This document shows positions 10,090 through 20,002 of a stretch of DNA of 64,000 nucleotides, piece after piece. Within the stretch, counting starts at the first letter, position 1. Each line of letters starts with the position of its first letter. Below the pieces are notes generated by a model, which was not told where the DNA came from, made no database searches, and worked only from the letters and a program-made list of their open reading frames with translations. Source of the stretch: Elusimicrobiota bacterium (GTDB lineage Bacteria; Elusimicrobiota; Elusimicrobia; Elusimicrobiales; UBA9959); contig DAIENX010000008.1 in assembly GCA_027340875.1 (NCBI GenBank), positions 32,001-96,000 on the forward strand. Reading direction: 5' to 3'. A program made the translations under genes and the position numbers.

Positions 10090-12435
10090 CTACTTCTTTC
10101 CGGAGGCCTTTATCGCCTTCAGCACCTTTTCCGGCGTGAGGGGGAACTCGCGCAGGCGCACGCCGGTGGCGTTGTACAGGGCGTTGGCGAAGACCGGGGC
10201 CGCCCCGTTGATGGAGACCTCGGACACGCTCTTGGCGCCGAAAGGCCCGGTGTCCTCGTAGGAGGGCACCAGGATGATCTTGAGCGGCGGCCGGTCGCGC
10301 ATCGAGTAGATGTGGTAGTCGGCGAAGGACGCGTTCTTCATGCGCCCCTTCTCGTCGAACAGGTACTCCTCGGTGAGCGCGTAGCTGATGCCGTTCAGCG
10401 TGCCGCCCTCGGTCTGCCCTTCCGCCAGCGCCGGGTTCACGGCGGTGCCGCAGTCTATCGTGGAGACGTAGTTCAGGACCTTGATGAAGCCGGTCCAGGT
10501 GTCCACCTCTATCTCCGCGAAGTGCGCCGCGAACGGAGGCGGGGATTTCTTCGTGATATGCGAGGCCGTGCCGATGATCTGGTACTGGTCCTTCTGGTAC
10601 AGCGTGTACTTGGCGATGTCGCCGTAGCTGACCTTTTTTTTCTCATCCTGTTTGCTGTGGACGGCGGAGTTCTCGCAGAACACCTCCTCCACCGGCAGGC
10701 CCAGCATCTCGGCGCCGCTCTTCAGCAGCTGCCTCTTGGCGTCGGCCGCGGCCTTGCGCACCGCTTCGCCGGAGAGGTAGGTGGTCGAAGACGCGTACGC
10801 GCCCACGTCGAACGGCGTGATGTCGGTGTCGGAGGAGTAGACGATCATCTTGTCCGTAGTAGTTTCCAGTTCCTCGGCCGCTATCTGCGCGAGCACCGTG
10901 TCCGAGCCGGTGCCCAGGTCGGTGGCTCCCATCAGCAGGTTGAAGGAACCGTCGTCGTTTATCTTGATGGAGGCCGCGCCCATGTCGATGTCCGGTATCG
11001 ACGAGCCCTGCATCAGGCAGGCCATGCCGATGCCGCGGCGGTAGCGGCCGGTCTTGCCGCGCCAGTCCTGGCGCTTGTCCCAGCCTATGGCCTCGGCGCC
11101 CTGCAGTATGCACTCGGCGAGCGCGTTGGAGCCTACGGTCATCGGCGTGCCCTCGCGGCCCTCGCCCAGCGCCGCGAAGATGGGGGAGCCCTCGCCCTCG
11201 CGGATGTGGTTCATCTGCCGGAACTTCATCGGGTCCATGCCTATGGCCTCGGCCATCTGGTCCATCAGGGATTCCATCGCGAAGAAGGCCTGCGTGGCGC
11301 CGAAGCCGCGGTACGCGCCGGCTACGGGGAGATTGGTGTAGTAGGACTTGCCGTCGAACCTGATGTTCTCGCAATGGTAGAGCGGCAGCACCTTGGAGCC
11401 GGCGCAGGAGACCACGGTGAGCCCGTGGCCGCCGTAGGCGCCGGTGTTGTTGATGGCTTCCATATCTATCGCGGTGATAGTACCGTCCTTCTTCACGCCG
11501 GCCCGCAGGCGGATGCGGAACGGGTGACGGGTGCGCCCCGTGCGGAAGGTCTCCTCGCGGTCGAACTGCCAGATGCACGTGCGGCCGGTGCGCAGCGCGA
11601 ACATCGCGGTCACGTCGTCCAGCAGCACCTCCTGCTTGCAGCCGAAGCCGCCGCCTATGCGGGGCTTGATCACGCGGACCTTCTGTACCGGCACGTCGAG
11701 GGTCTTCGCCACTATGCGGCGGCAGTGGAACGGCACCTGCGTGGAGGTGGTGATCACTATACGGCCGGAAGGCGCTATCGCCGCCATGGAGGTGTAGGGC
11801 TCTATGGGACAGTGCTGGGCGTACGGGGTCTCGAAGGTCTGGTCGAAAGTGAAGTCGGCTTCCTTCATGCCCTTCTCGAAGCTGCCGGCCTCGCAGGCCA
11901 CGTGGGCCACCAGGTTCTTCTTCGGCTCGTACGGTATCGGTATCGGCACGTGGGCTTCCGGCTCGTCGTGTATGACCGGGGCGCCGTGGGCCATGGCCTC
12001 GTCCAGCGAGAATACAGGCTTGAGCAGCTCATACTCGACCTTTATAGCCTCGAGGGCGGCGAGGGCCTGCTCCTCGGTTTCGGCCGCGACGGCCGCCACG
12101 CGGTCGCCCACGAAGCGCACCTTCGTGTCGAACATGAAGGTGTCGTACGGCGACGGCTCCGGAAATCCCTGCCCGGCGGTGCAATGCGGTATGCGCGGCA
12201 CGTTGCCGTGCCAGAGCACGGCCTTCACCCCGGGCATCTTCTCCGCTTTGCTGACGTCGAGCTTCTTGATGCGGGCGTGGGCGTGGGGGCTCCACAGCAT
12301 TTTAATGACAAGCGCGTCGTTCGGTACGAAATCCGCGACATAGGAATCCTTGCCGAGCGCCAGCTGCAGCGCGTCTATCTTGGTGACGGAGTGGTTGACC
12401 TGCTTGAAGTTCTTCGCTTTTTCGTGCCTGTTCAT
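10090..12435 (-). CDS. Molybdopterin-dependent oxidoreductase large subunit (CoxL/XdhD-like)
   Basis: Start set at MNRHEK (overlaps upstream stop). Motifs SPHAHA, GGGFGCKQE, AYRGFGATQ, DLGTGSDT, GPFGAKSVSE. Confidence 0.88.
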   Translation of the reverse strand: MNRHEKAKNFKQVNHSVTKIDALQLALGKDSYVADFVPNDALVIKMLWSPHAHARIKKLDVSKAEKMPGVKAVLWHGNVPRIPHCTAGQGFPEPSPYDTFMFDTKVRFVGDRVAAVAAETEEQALAALEAIKVEYELLKPVFSLDEAMAHGAPVIHDEPEAHVPIPIPYEPKKNLVAHVACEAGSFEKGMKEADFTFDQTFETPYAQHCPIEPYTSMAAIAPSGRIVITTSTQVPFHCRRIVAKTLDVPVQKVRVIKPRIGGGFGCKQEVLLDDVTAMFALRTGRTCIWQFDREETFRTGRTRHPFRIRLRAGVKKDGTITAIDMEAINNTGAYGGHGLTVVSCAGSKVLPLYHCENIRFDGKSYYTNLPVAGAYRGFGATQAFFAMESLMDQMAEAIGMDPMKFRQMNHIREGEGSPIFAALGEGREGTPMTVGSNALAECILQGAEAIGWDKRQDWRGKTGRYRRGIGMACLMQGSSIPDIDMGAASIKINDDGSFNLLMGATDLGTGSDTVLAQIAAEELETTTDKMIVYSSDTDITPFDVGAYASSTTYLSGEAVRKAAADAKRQLLKSGAEMLGLPVEEVFCENSAVHSKQDEKKKVSYGDIAKYTLYQKDQYQIIGTASHITKKSPPPFAAHFAEIEVDTWTGFIKVLNYVSTIDCGTAVNPALAEGQTEGGTLNGISYALTEEYLFDEKGRMKNASFADYHIYSMRDRPPLKIILVPSYEDTGPFGAKSVSEVSINGAAPVFANALYNATGVRLREFPLTPEKVLKAIKASGKK

Positions 12436-12959
12436 TTCCCGGCCCCCTTGGCGGAGGTTCTCTTGGCGGCGGGCTTGCCGCCTTCCGCGGCGCGCCTGTC
12501 CAGGGTCCTGCGCAGGGCAACCCAGATCTTCTCGTAGCCGGTGCAGCGGCACAGGTTGCCGTCCATATATTCCTTCACGATCTCGTCCTCGAAGGTCTTC
12601 TCGCTCTCCATCAGCGCGGTGGCGCTCATGACCATGCCCGGGATGCAGTAGCCGCACTGGACGGCCCCGGCGGCGACGAGCTCCTTCTGGAAATCCGACG
12701 GGTTGTCGAAAGTGCCGGCGCTCTCGATGGTGCGCACCTCGCGGCCCTCGGCCTGCATCGCGTAGAGCAGGCAGGCGTAGGTGGCGCGTCCGTCGAGCAG
12801 GACGGTGCAGGCGCCGCAGGTGCCCTGGCCGCAGCCGTACTTGGTGCCGCGGTAGCCTTCGCGGCGCAGCAGCGAGAGGAGCTTCTCGTCGGGGCGGGTA
12901 AGGAAAGTTTTCTTTTCCCCGTTAAGGGTAAAGCTGACGGGGTGCGTTATCTTGTGCAT
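12432..12959 (-). CDS. (2Fe-2S)-binding subunit (CoxS/CutS family)
   Basis: GTKYGCGQGTCGAC, QCGYCIPG, GNLCRCTGY. Confidence 0.9.
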   Translation of the reverse strand: MHKITHPVSFTLNGEKKTFLTRPDEKLLSLLRREGYRGTKYGCGQGTCGACTVLLDGRATYACLLYAMQAEGREVRTIESAGTFDNPSDFQKELVAAGAVQCGYCIPGMVMSATALMESEKTFEDEIVKEYMDGNLCRCTGYEKIWVALRRTLDRRAAEGGKPAAKRTSAKGAGK

Positions 12960-13804
12960 TATTCTACCCTCCCGCGGGCGAACTTCGCCGCCCGTTCCAG
13001 GGCGTCCAGCACGGAGACTTCAGCCAGCTGTCTTATATAATCGGCGCTCATCCCTTCCCCGCCGACCCATTTCGCCGAAGCGCCAGCCGCCGCGGCGGCC
13101 GCCTCGAAGGTCGCGGGAGAGGCCTCCTTCCCCGCGAGCGCCGCCTCCACGGCCTTCAGTCGCTGCGGGAACGGTATGCCGCTGCCTGCGGCCACGCGCG
13201 CTTTTTTTATCGTCCCGCCGTCCAGCTCCAGCAGGGCGGCTATGGTCACGAGCGAGAAGGCGGCCGCGTTGCGTGTGGCTTTCACCGAGCCGAAGCCGTG
13301 GTGCGCCTTCAGCACCGGGATCTTCACCGCGGTCAGGATCTCCCCGTCCCTGAACAGCCTGGCGGGCTGGGAGGAAAAGTATTCATCGGCGGGTATTTCC
13401 TTCTCCTTGCCTGAGTAGATGACCATGCGCGCGTCCATCGCTAGCAGGACCACGGGGAGGTCCGCCCACGGGAAGACCCGCGCGATATTGCCGCCTATCG
13501 TGGAGACGTTGCGTACCTGATGGGTGGAGATGCGGCGGCAGATCTCGTGCATGGCCCAGCGCGGGCCGCGGTGGCGCTGGATGTCGGAAAGCGGGGTCGC
13601 GGCGCCTATGACGAAGAGATCTCCTTTCTGCTTTATGAAGGACAGGCCCAGGCGCGTTATGTCCACCGCCGTTATGGGGGTTTTGCCCTGCATGAAATGC
13701 AGCGCGGTGCCCCCGGCCAACGGCATACCTTTCGGCCCCAGCGCGCGCAACGCTTTTCGCGCTTCGGCGAGGGTAGAGGGACGGATAAATTCGCAAAGTT
13801 TCAT
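12959..13804 (-). CDS. FAD-binding subunit (CoxM/YgfM family)
   Basis: RPSTLAEA, LAGGT, QVRNVSTIGGN. Confidence 0.88.
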   Translation of the reverse strand: MKLCEFIRPSTLAEARKALRALGPKGMPLAGGTALHFMQGKTPITAVDITRLGLSFIKQKGDLFVIGAATPLSDIQRHRGPRWAMHEICRRISTHQVRNVSTIGGNIARVFPWADLPVVLLAMDARMVIYSGKEKEIPADEYFSSQPARLFRDGEILTAVKIPVLKAHHGFGSVKATRNAAAFSLVTIAALLELDGGTIKKARVAAGSGIPFPQRLKAVEAALAGKEASPATFEAAAAAAGASAKWVGGEGMSADYIRQLAEVSVLDALERAAKFARGRVE

Positions 13805-13922
13805 ATTGGTCGGCTTCCTGAACAGCGGATTGGATTTCGACTAAATATAGCAGATTTGCCGAGCAGGATAAAGCCGCTCCGAGGCCAGGCGCGGAGGACC
13901 GGGGAGGCGGCATCGGGAGTGC

Positions 13923-13952
13923 TTGACACCTCCCCCCGGGGCGGTATAGACT
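13923..13952 (+). promoter_or_regulatory. Sigma70-type promoter, probably giving a leaderless mRNA
   Basis: TTGACA (13923-28), 18 nt, TAGACT (13947-52); ATG 5 nt later. Confidence 0.6.
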
Positions 13953-13957
13953 GTTCT

Positions 13958-15415
13958 ATGGGGCTTATGGATATGGAGCATAACAGCGACGCACAGCCGG
14001 TCCTTCCGCACGAGAAGGCCACGCGCATCAACCTGGACAAGCGCTTCTACGGCACCTTCGCCGAGATAGGCGCCGGCCAGGAGGTGGCGCGCTGGTTCTT
14101 CGTGGTCGGAGGCGCCTCCGGGACGCTGGCCAAGACAATCTCCGCCTACGACATGGCCTTCTCCGACGCCATCTACGGCAAGGCCGAGCGCTACGTCAGC
14201 CGCGACCGGCTGGAGAAGATGCTGGAGTACGAGTACGCGCTGCTGCTGGAACGGCTGGCGGCCGACCGCGGCGGGACGGACTGCTTCTTCGCCTTCGCGA
14301 ATACCGTGGCCGCCCGCAGCTACCTCGGGAAGAAGGACTGCCACGGCTGGATGGGCATAAAGTTCCAGGGCGCTCCGAAGGAAGAGCCTTCGGAGATAAT
14401 CCTGCACGTCAACATGCTGGACAAGGAGAACGTGCAGCAGCAGGTGGCCCTCGGGATAATCGGCGTCAACCTGACCTACGGCGCCTTCTACCTCAGCCGC
14501 GAGCCGGAGAAGCTGATAGCCTCGCTGCTGGACGGTCTGTCGCGGGACAGGATAGAGGTGGACATGATCCGCTTCTCAGGGCCGCGCTTCAGGAGCGTGG
14601 ACAACAGGCTGATGACGCTGCAGCTGGTGGCGCAGGGCCTGACGGGGGCGGCGCTGATAGGCGCCGACGGCGGCGTGCTGCAGCCTTACGAGGTGCTCCG
14701 CAAGAAGAACATCCTGATAGAGCGCGGCAGCTTCCGCCCCGTGACCAAGGTCAACATCGACATGCTGGAGGGGGCCCGCTGCCAGTTCCAGGGAGATGTG
14801 GGGGTGGGAGCCGGGGATACCGTGGAGCTCATGGAGATAACGATGAGCAACCTGCTAAGCTCCGGCGAGATAGACCACTGCGATTTCCTGGCCCGCGCCG
14901 ACACTATAAACGCCGTCGGAAAGATGGTGCTGATCTCGGACTACGCCCAGTATTACAAGCTGGCCAACTACCTGCAGCGCTATACGAAGAAGCGCATAGG
15001 GATAGTCATGGGCCTGCCCAGCCTGAAGAAGCTGTTCGACGAGAAGTATTACGAGTCCCTCGACGGCGGCATCCTCGAGTCTTTCGGCCGGCTGTTCAAG
15101 AACGACCTGAAGGTCTACGTCTATCCGCAGATCGGATCGGAGCCGGGCCAGGTGGTGACCTGCGACGATTTCTCCATGGCCGGCGACCTGGAGCACCTGT
15201 TCCGCTACCTGTCCGATAACGGGCGCATCGTCCCGATAAAGGCCTTCAACAAGGATTGCCGGGGCGCCGTGTCGGGCGAGATAGTTGGCAAGATAGTATC
15301 GGGGGACGATTCCTGGGAGGAGATGGTGCCCCCCGAGGTCGCCAAATGCATCAAGGAACGCAGCTTTTTCGGCCACAAACGCTGGTGCGAGGAGGGGGAG
15401 AGGAAGGGCGCCTGA
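13958..15415 (+). CDS. Conserved uncharacterised protein with possible CinA/PncC-like N-domain and nucleotidyltransferase-like C-domain
   Basis: YGTFAEIGAGQEVAR, GGASGTLAKTISAYD, ERGSFRPVT. No signal peptide or beta-barrel pattern. Start could also be 13967 or 13973. Confidence 0.6.
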   Translation: MGLMDMEHNSDAQPVLPHEKATRINLDKRFYGTFAEIGAGQEVARWFFVVGGASGTLAKTISAYDMAFSDAIYGKAERYVSRDRLEKMLEYEYALLLERLAADRGGTDCFFAFANTVAARSYLGKKDCHGWMGIKFQGAPKEEPSEIILHVNMLDKENVQQQVALGIIGVNLTYGAFYLSREPEKLIASLLDGLSRDRIEVDMIRFSGPRFRSVDNRLMTLQLVAQGLTGAALIGADGGVLQPYEVLRKKNILIERGSFRPVTKVNIDMLEGARCQFQGDVGVGAGDTVELMEITMSNLLSSGEIDHCDFLARADTINAVGKMVLISDYAQYYKLANYLQRYTKKRIGIVMGLPSLKKLFDEKYYESLDGGILESFGRLFKNDLKVYVYPQIGSEPGQVVTCDDFSMAGDLEHLFRYLSDNGRIVPIKAFNKDCRGAVSGEIVGKIVSGDDSWEEMVPPEVAKCIKERSFFGHKRWCEEGERKGA

Positions 15416-15435
15416 ACCTGCGTTCGGGGAGTAAA

Positions 15436-15463
15436 GAAAAAGCCCGCACAGGCGGGCTTTTTC
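15436..15463. terminator. Bidirectional intrinsic terminator
   Basis: GAAAAAGCCCGC-ACAG-GCGGGCTTTTTC between convergent genes. Confidence 0.85.
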
Positions 15464-15484
15464 CTTTTTCTGGCCCGGGCCGAG

Positions 15485-15982
15485 CTACTTGACCACCGGC
15501 CAGCCCGCCGCTATCCAGGCGTTGATGCCGCCCTCGATGTGGTGGATGTCGGTGAAACCCATGTTCTTCATTATGCCCAGGGTTATGCCGCTGCGGTGAC
15601 CGGAACGGCAGTAGATCAGATATTTCGCGCTCTTGTCCAGCTTGGCGAGCTGGTCCTTGAAGTCCGGGGCGTAGTAGTCCATGGTCATGCTGACGGCTTC
15701 CAGGTGGCCGGCCGCGTATTCCTCCGGCGTCCTGATGTCTATCACTATCGGCTTCTTGGCCTCTATGAAGTAGTGGGCCTCGTCCGGCTTTATCTCCACC
15801 GGGAAGTCGCAGTTGCCGGGCTTGGGGTCCGCGGCCGAGGGCTGGGGGGCCTCCGGCGCCGCGGCGAAGAGGGACGCCGCCGGTACGGCCTTGGCGCTCC
15901 CGCAGAAAATGGCGCTCAGGTCCAGCGCGCGGGCCATGGCCGCCGCCGAGACAATCAACATAAAAGCAATGAACATCCTCAT
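15485..15982 (-). CDS. Exported rhodanese-domain protein
   Basis: Signal peptide; IDIRTPEEYAAGHL, YCRSGHRS, IEGGINAW. Confidence 0.88.
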   Translation of the reverse strand: MRMFIAFMLIVSAAAMARALDLSAIFCGSAKAVPAASLFAAAPEAPQPSAADPKPGNCDFPVEIKPDEAHYFIEAKKPIVIDIRTPEEYAAGHLEAVSMTMDYYAPDFKDQLAKLDKSAKYLIYCRSGHRSGITLGIMKNMGFTDIHHIEGGINAWIAAGWPVVK

Positions 15983-16087
15983 GGATAACCTCCGGGTCGA
16001 ATGCTGACCGATGCGTATATTTTAGCAAAAAGTCCGGCCCCGTAGCCTGAGCGGGCCCGGCCGAGTTTTGGTATCATATAGATATAT

Positions 16088-17773
16088 ATGGCGAAGAGAC
16101 CAGGCTTCACCGTGATGCTCGCCTCCGCTGCGCTGGCCGTGCATCTCTTCGCCGGCCTTTCCTTCATCTTCTCCTCCTCGGCCACCTACGACGAGACGGT
16201 CCACCTGGCGAGCGGCTACTCTTACCTTAAGACGGGCCGCTACGCGATGAACATCATGGACCACCCGCCGCTGGCCGAGATGCTCTCCGCCCTGCCGCTG
16301 ACCTTCATGAACCTGAAGTCGTTCACGGCGCATCCTTATTTCGCGAACTCCATGCCGTACCATTACGGCGACCTGTTCCTGTACGAGAATACCGTTCCGC
16401 CGGAGCGCATCCTCAATGCCGCCAGGTGCTTCATTTTCCTGGTCTGGACCTCCGTCTTCGCCTTCTTCATCTGGTTCCTGGCCTCGCGGCTGGAGCCCGG
16501 TCCCGCCGCCGCGTTCAGCCTGGCCGTCTTCTCGCTGATGCCGGTCTTCATCTCCAACGACGCCCTAGTGACCACCGACGCGGCCGCCGCGGCCTTCTAT
16601 TTCGCCTCCTTCGCCGCCGGCTGGTATTTCACGGCGGGCGGTCCCGGAGCGGCCTCTCTGTGGCGGCGCGCGGTCCTGGCCGGCGTCCTCTCGGGGCTGG
16701 CGCTGGTCTCCAAGTTCAGCATGTTCATAGTGCCGCCGATGGTCGCCGCTCTCTGGCTGGCGGATAATTACGCTTCCAGACGGATGCCGCCAGCCAGGCT
16801 GGCGGGTTATATCACCGTCTACGCGGCCGCCTGCGTGCTGGCTGTCGCGCTGGTCTACAAGTTCGACCTCGGGCTCTACTGGAAGGGGCTTTACGCCACT
16901 CTGACCCGCCTGGACCAGGGGCGTTCCTCGTTCGCCTTCGGAAGCCATTCCGTCAGCGGGGTCTGGTGGTATTTCCCGGCCGCGCTGCTGGTGAAGACGC
17001 CCTTGGTGGCGCTAGGGGCGGCCGCAGCTGGGATCTGGCTGACGGCGAAGAACTTTCGCCGCGACTACCTCTGGCTGCTGGTCCCGCCGGCGGCATTCTT
17101 CGCGGCGGCGCTGACCGCCAAGGTGCAGATAGGCTACAGGCACATAATGCCGGTGATGCCGTTCCTGGCCGTGCTCGCCGGACTCGCCCTTTCCAGGCTG
17201 CCAGGCAAGAAGGGAACCTGGCTGGCTTCCGGCCTCCTCCTCCTGAACGCCGCGTCGGTGCTGCGCGTCAACCCCTATTACCTGTCATATTTCAACGAGG
17301 CGGCCGGCGGCCCGTCCAGCGGTTACCGGCTGTTGACCGACTCCAACCTGGACTGGGGACAGGACGTGCCGGCGCTGGCGCGTTACCTGGCCTCGCGCGG
17401 GAACCCGCCGCTCATCTTCTCCTATTTTGGCGTCGCCCGCCCGGAAAGCCGCGGGATAGGCTATGTCCCGCTCGGCGTGGTCTCCAACGTGGAGCTGAAG
17501 GGGACGGGGGCGCAGGTCTGCTCCATGAAGGAGGTCCTGCTGGCCGTTTCCGTCACTAATTTACAGAGCACGTATTACGCGGACAAGAGCACCTACGACT
17601 GGCTGAAGGACAGGAAGCCGCTATTCGACGCCGGCAATTCCATTTTCCTCTACGACCTGACCTCGGACGGTCCCGGCCTGCGGAAGCTGGCCGCGCTGTT
17701 CGACAGGGAGGGGCGCGATCAGGAGGCCGACTGCCTCTACGAGAATGCTGCCAAAGCGGAGAGAGCACCATGA
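16088..17773 (+). CDS. GT-C fold glycosyltransferase family 39 (PMT/ArnT-like)
   Basis: TYDE and DHPPL motifs in the first loop, many TM segments, DSNLDWGQD. Confidence 0.8.
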   Translation: MAKRPGFTVMLASAALAVHLFAGLSFIFSSSATYDETVHLASGYSYLKTGRYAMNIMDHPPLAEMLSALPLTFMNLKSFTAHPYFANSMPYHYGDLFLYENTVPPERILNAARCFIFLVWTSVFAFFIWFLASRLEPGPAAAFSLAVFSLMPVFISNDALVTTDAAAAAFYFASFAAGWYFTAGGPGAASLWRRAVLAGVLSGLALVSKFSMFIVPPMVAALWLADNYASRRMPPARLAGYITVYAAACVLAVALVYKFDLGLYWKGLYATLTRLDQGRSSFAFGSHSVSGVWWYFPAALLVKTPLVALGAAAAGIWLTAKNFRRDYLWLLVPPAAFFAAALTAKVQIGYRHIMPVMPFLAVLAGLALSRLPGKKGTWLASGLLLLNAASVLRVNPYYLSYFNEAAGGPSSGYRLLTDSNLDWGQDVPALARYLASRGNPPLIFSYFGVARPESRGIGYVPLGVVSNVELKGTGAQVCSMKEVLLAVSVTNLQSTYYADKSTYDWLKDRKPLFDAGNSIFLYDLTSDGPGLRKLAALFDREGRDQEADCLYENAAKAERAP

Positions 17774-18534
17774 CTAAAATACTGAAGCCGCTTATTATGC
17801 TGGTCATAACGGCGGCGGGCGGTTATGTGTGGATGACGATAATGGCCGGAGCGAAGAAGGACGCCTGTTTCGGCACCATGGGCAAGCCGGCTGTGGACGC
17901 CTGCTCGTTCATCATCCGCTGGCGCGGGGGGAGCGCGAAGGCCGATGCCCTGTACCGCCGCTCGCGCCTGTACGCGAACGGGGAATCCTGGGACGCCGAG
18001 AAAGCCGATCTCGAGGCGCTGCTGGCCATGAAGGATTCCGGCGACCTGAACAAGGAGAGGCTGAGCAACGTCTACGTCGGGCTCGCGCTGATCTACACGC
18101 GCAGGGGAGACGATTCCGCCGCGAGGAAATACTCGGAGCTCGCCGTGCAGACCGGGAACGCCGGTCAGGGCGTCTACGTTTCGCTGGCTGGAGCCTATAT
18201 CGAGGCCAAGCAGTACAAGCAGGCGGTCGATCTCCTGCTGGGCGCCTCGATCCCGGAGGCAGAGAAGAAGCATCCGTACTATAACGCCCTGGCATCCGCC
18301 TACGGCGGGATGGGGGACTATGCGCGGGCCTATTACGCCCTCAAGAAAGGGCTCGCTGTGAACGCTCCGCGGGCCGAGCTCGCCGCCACAGCCAAGCAGA
18401 TGGGCCTGGTGTGCTTCGAGCTGAAGCGTTACAAGGAGGCCGAGACGTATCTTGGCTACGCCCAGCGCGCCGGTGCCGAATGCCCGGAATGCCCGCTGTT
18501 GCTTACCACTATAAGGGAATCCCTTATGCCATGA
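17770..18534 (+). CDS. Membrane-anchored tetratricopeptide repeat protein
   Basis: N-terminal TM and helical TPR-like repeats (YYNALASAYGGMGDYARA); ATGA overlap with upstream gene. Confidence 0.7.
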   Translation: MTKILKPLIMLVITAAGGYVWMTIMAGAKKDACFGTMGKPAVDACSFIIRWRGGSAKADALYRRSRLYANGESWDAEKADLEALLAMKDSGDLNKERLSNVYVGLALIYTRRGDDSAARKYSELAVQTGNAGQGVYVSLAGAYIEAKQYKQAVDLLLGASIPEAEKKHPYYNALASAYGGMGDYARAYYALKKGLAVNAPRAELAATAKQMGLVCFELKRYKEAETYLGYAQRAGAECPECPLLLTTIRESLMP

Positions 18535-18701
18535 GGATATTTATTTTCAAATGAAAGGCATTGGAACGCGGAGTCACGGCCTGTGGCGCGCGCTCCTGGA
18601 GAAAAGGCGACAATTACGACTGGCATATAAATTGATTTAGAGGTCTGCAAAGCGCGCCCGTATATAGTGCGAAGCGCCGCTCCGGCTGACGAATAACGAC
18701 T

Positions 18702-19991
18702 ATGCGAAAAATACTTCTGACCATAACCTTGCTGGCGGCCGCCGCCAGAGCCATGGCCGGTACTTTCACTGCCAAGACCTATATAGAGGCCGCGCTGGCG
18801 GCGTCCCCTTCAATGAAGTCCGCGGAGGAGTCCTTCCGGCAGGCCGAGAACGGCTACAAGACGTCGCTACTCGACGCGGCGCTCCCCTCGCTGACCCTGA
18901 CGCTGGGCGAGACGTTCTATGACGATCAGGACACCAGGCTCAGGGCCTCCAAGACCGACGTGACCTCTTCCCTGTCCGCGTCCTGGAATCTCTACGACTC
19001 GGCTTCCAGCCCGGCTCGCCGCATAAAGACGGCCCGCCTGGACTTCGAGTCCTCGAAGCTGGTCCTGCTGAAGGCCAAGCAGGACGAGGCGCTGAAGGCC
19101 ATGGCACGATTCTATGCGCTCTACTCGGCCCAGCAGCTCACCGTGATAGCGAAGGCCAACCTGGCCTCCCGCGAGCGGCAGTACAAGGACACCAACGAGC
19201 AGTTCAATTCCGGCACGCGCAGCCGCATAGAGGTGACGCAGAGCGAGGGCGACAAGCTGCGTAGCGAGCTTTCCGTAGCCCAGGCCGAGGCGGCAGAGGT
19301 CAAGGCCCTGATGGCTTTCAACGAACTTATCAACGCGGACCCTGAGGCCGCGCAACAGGTCTCGGTGAGCACCGAGGCCCCGGTGATAAAGCTGCCTATG
19401 CCGCGGGAGGACGTGGAGCTCGCGCTGCGGGATAACCTCGCTATCCGCATACAGCGCCTTTCGCTGGAGAAGGTCCGCTTGACCTACAGGACCTCCGTCA
19501 ACTCCGCTTTGCCCAGGCTGAGCCTGGACGCTTCCTGGACTAGGACCGGGCTGGGGGTCCTCGGCATCCCCTCCGGCGCCGGTCAGGGGAACCCGTCGTA
19601 CGCGCTAGGGGCCTCCCTGCGCTTTCCGTTCGGCTTTCTCGGGGCCCAGAACTATCTTAGGACCAGGACGGCCGCCTCGCAGCTGACCTCGTCCGAACTG
19701 AACCTGGAGAACAGCGTCAGGGCCATGAAGACGGCGGTGCTGACATCGCAGAAGGACATAGAGCTGCAGGTGAAGTCCAGGCAGCTGTTGGAGTTCCAGG
19801 TCAAGGCCCAGCGGGATACCACCGATAACCTGTTGAACGAGTACTCGCTGGGAGGCGCATCCTTCCTCCAGCTGGACAGCTCGCAGGCGAAGATGCTGGA
19901 CGCGGGCAATAGCCTGGTGGGGGCGGTCAACGACCTGGACCTGGCGCTGTTCAACTACAGGGCGCTGCTGGGCGAGAGGATATGGGAGTAA
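18702..19991 (+). CDS. TolC family outer membrane efflux protein
   Basis: Signal peptide, duplicated helical repeats (G..SRIEV, G.ASFLQL), precedes MFP and ABC genes. Confidence 0.85.
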   Translation: MRKILLTITLLAAAARAMAGTFTAKTYIEAALAASPSMKSAEESFRQAENGYKTSLLDAALPSLTLTLGETFYDDQDTRLRASKTDVTSSLSASWNLYDSASSPARRIKTARLDFESSKLVLLKAKQDEALKAMARFYALYSAQQLTVIAKANLASRERQYKDTNEQFNSGTRSRIEVTQSEGDKLRSELSVAQAEAAEVKALMAFNELINADPEAAQQVSVSTEAPVIKLPMPREDVELALRDNLAIRIQRLSLEKVRLTYRTSVNSALPRLSLDASWTRTGLGVLGIPSGAGQGNPSYALGASLRFPFGFLGAQNYLRTRTAASQLTSSELNLENSVRAMKTAVLTSQKDIELQVKSRQLLEFQVKAQRDTTDNLLNEYSLGGASFLQLDSSQAKMLDAGNSLVGAVNDLDLALFNYRALLGERIWE

Positions 19992-20002
19992 CGGAGAGCA
20001 AG

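Noticed and set aside
10312..12537. Long antisense ORFs (also 7213-9273, 27336-29531, 31869-34019, 34028-36334)
   Set aside because: Shadow frames of GC-rich genes on the opposite strand, with no recognisable motifs.
13520..13957. N-terminal extension of the 631-aa ORF
   Set aside because: Overlaps the divergent FAD-subunit gene and the promoter; the real start is at or after 13958.
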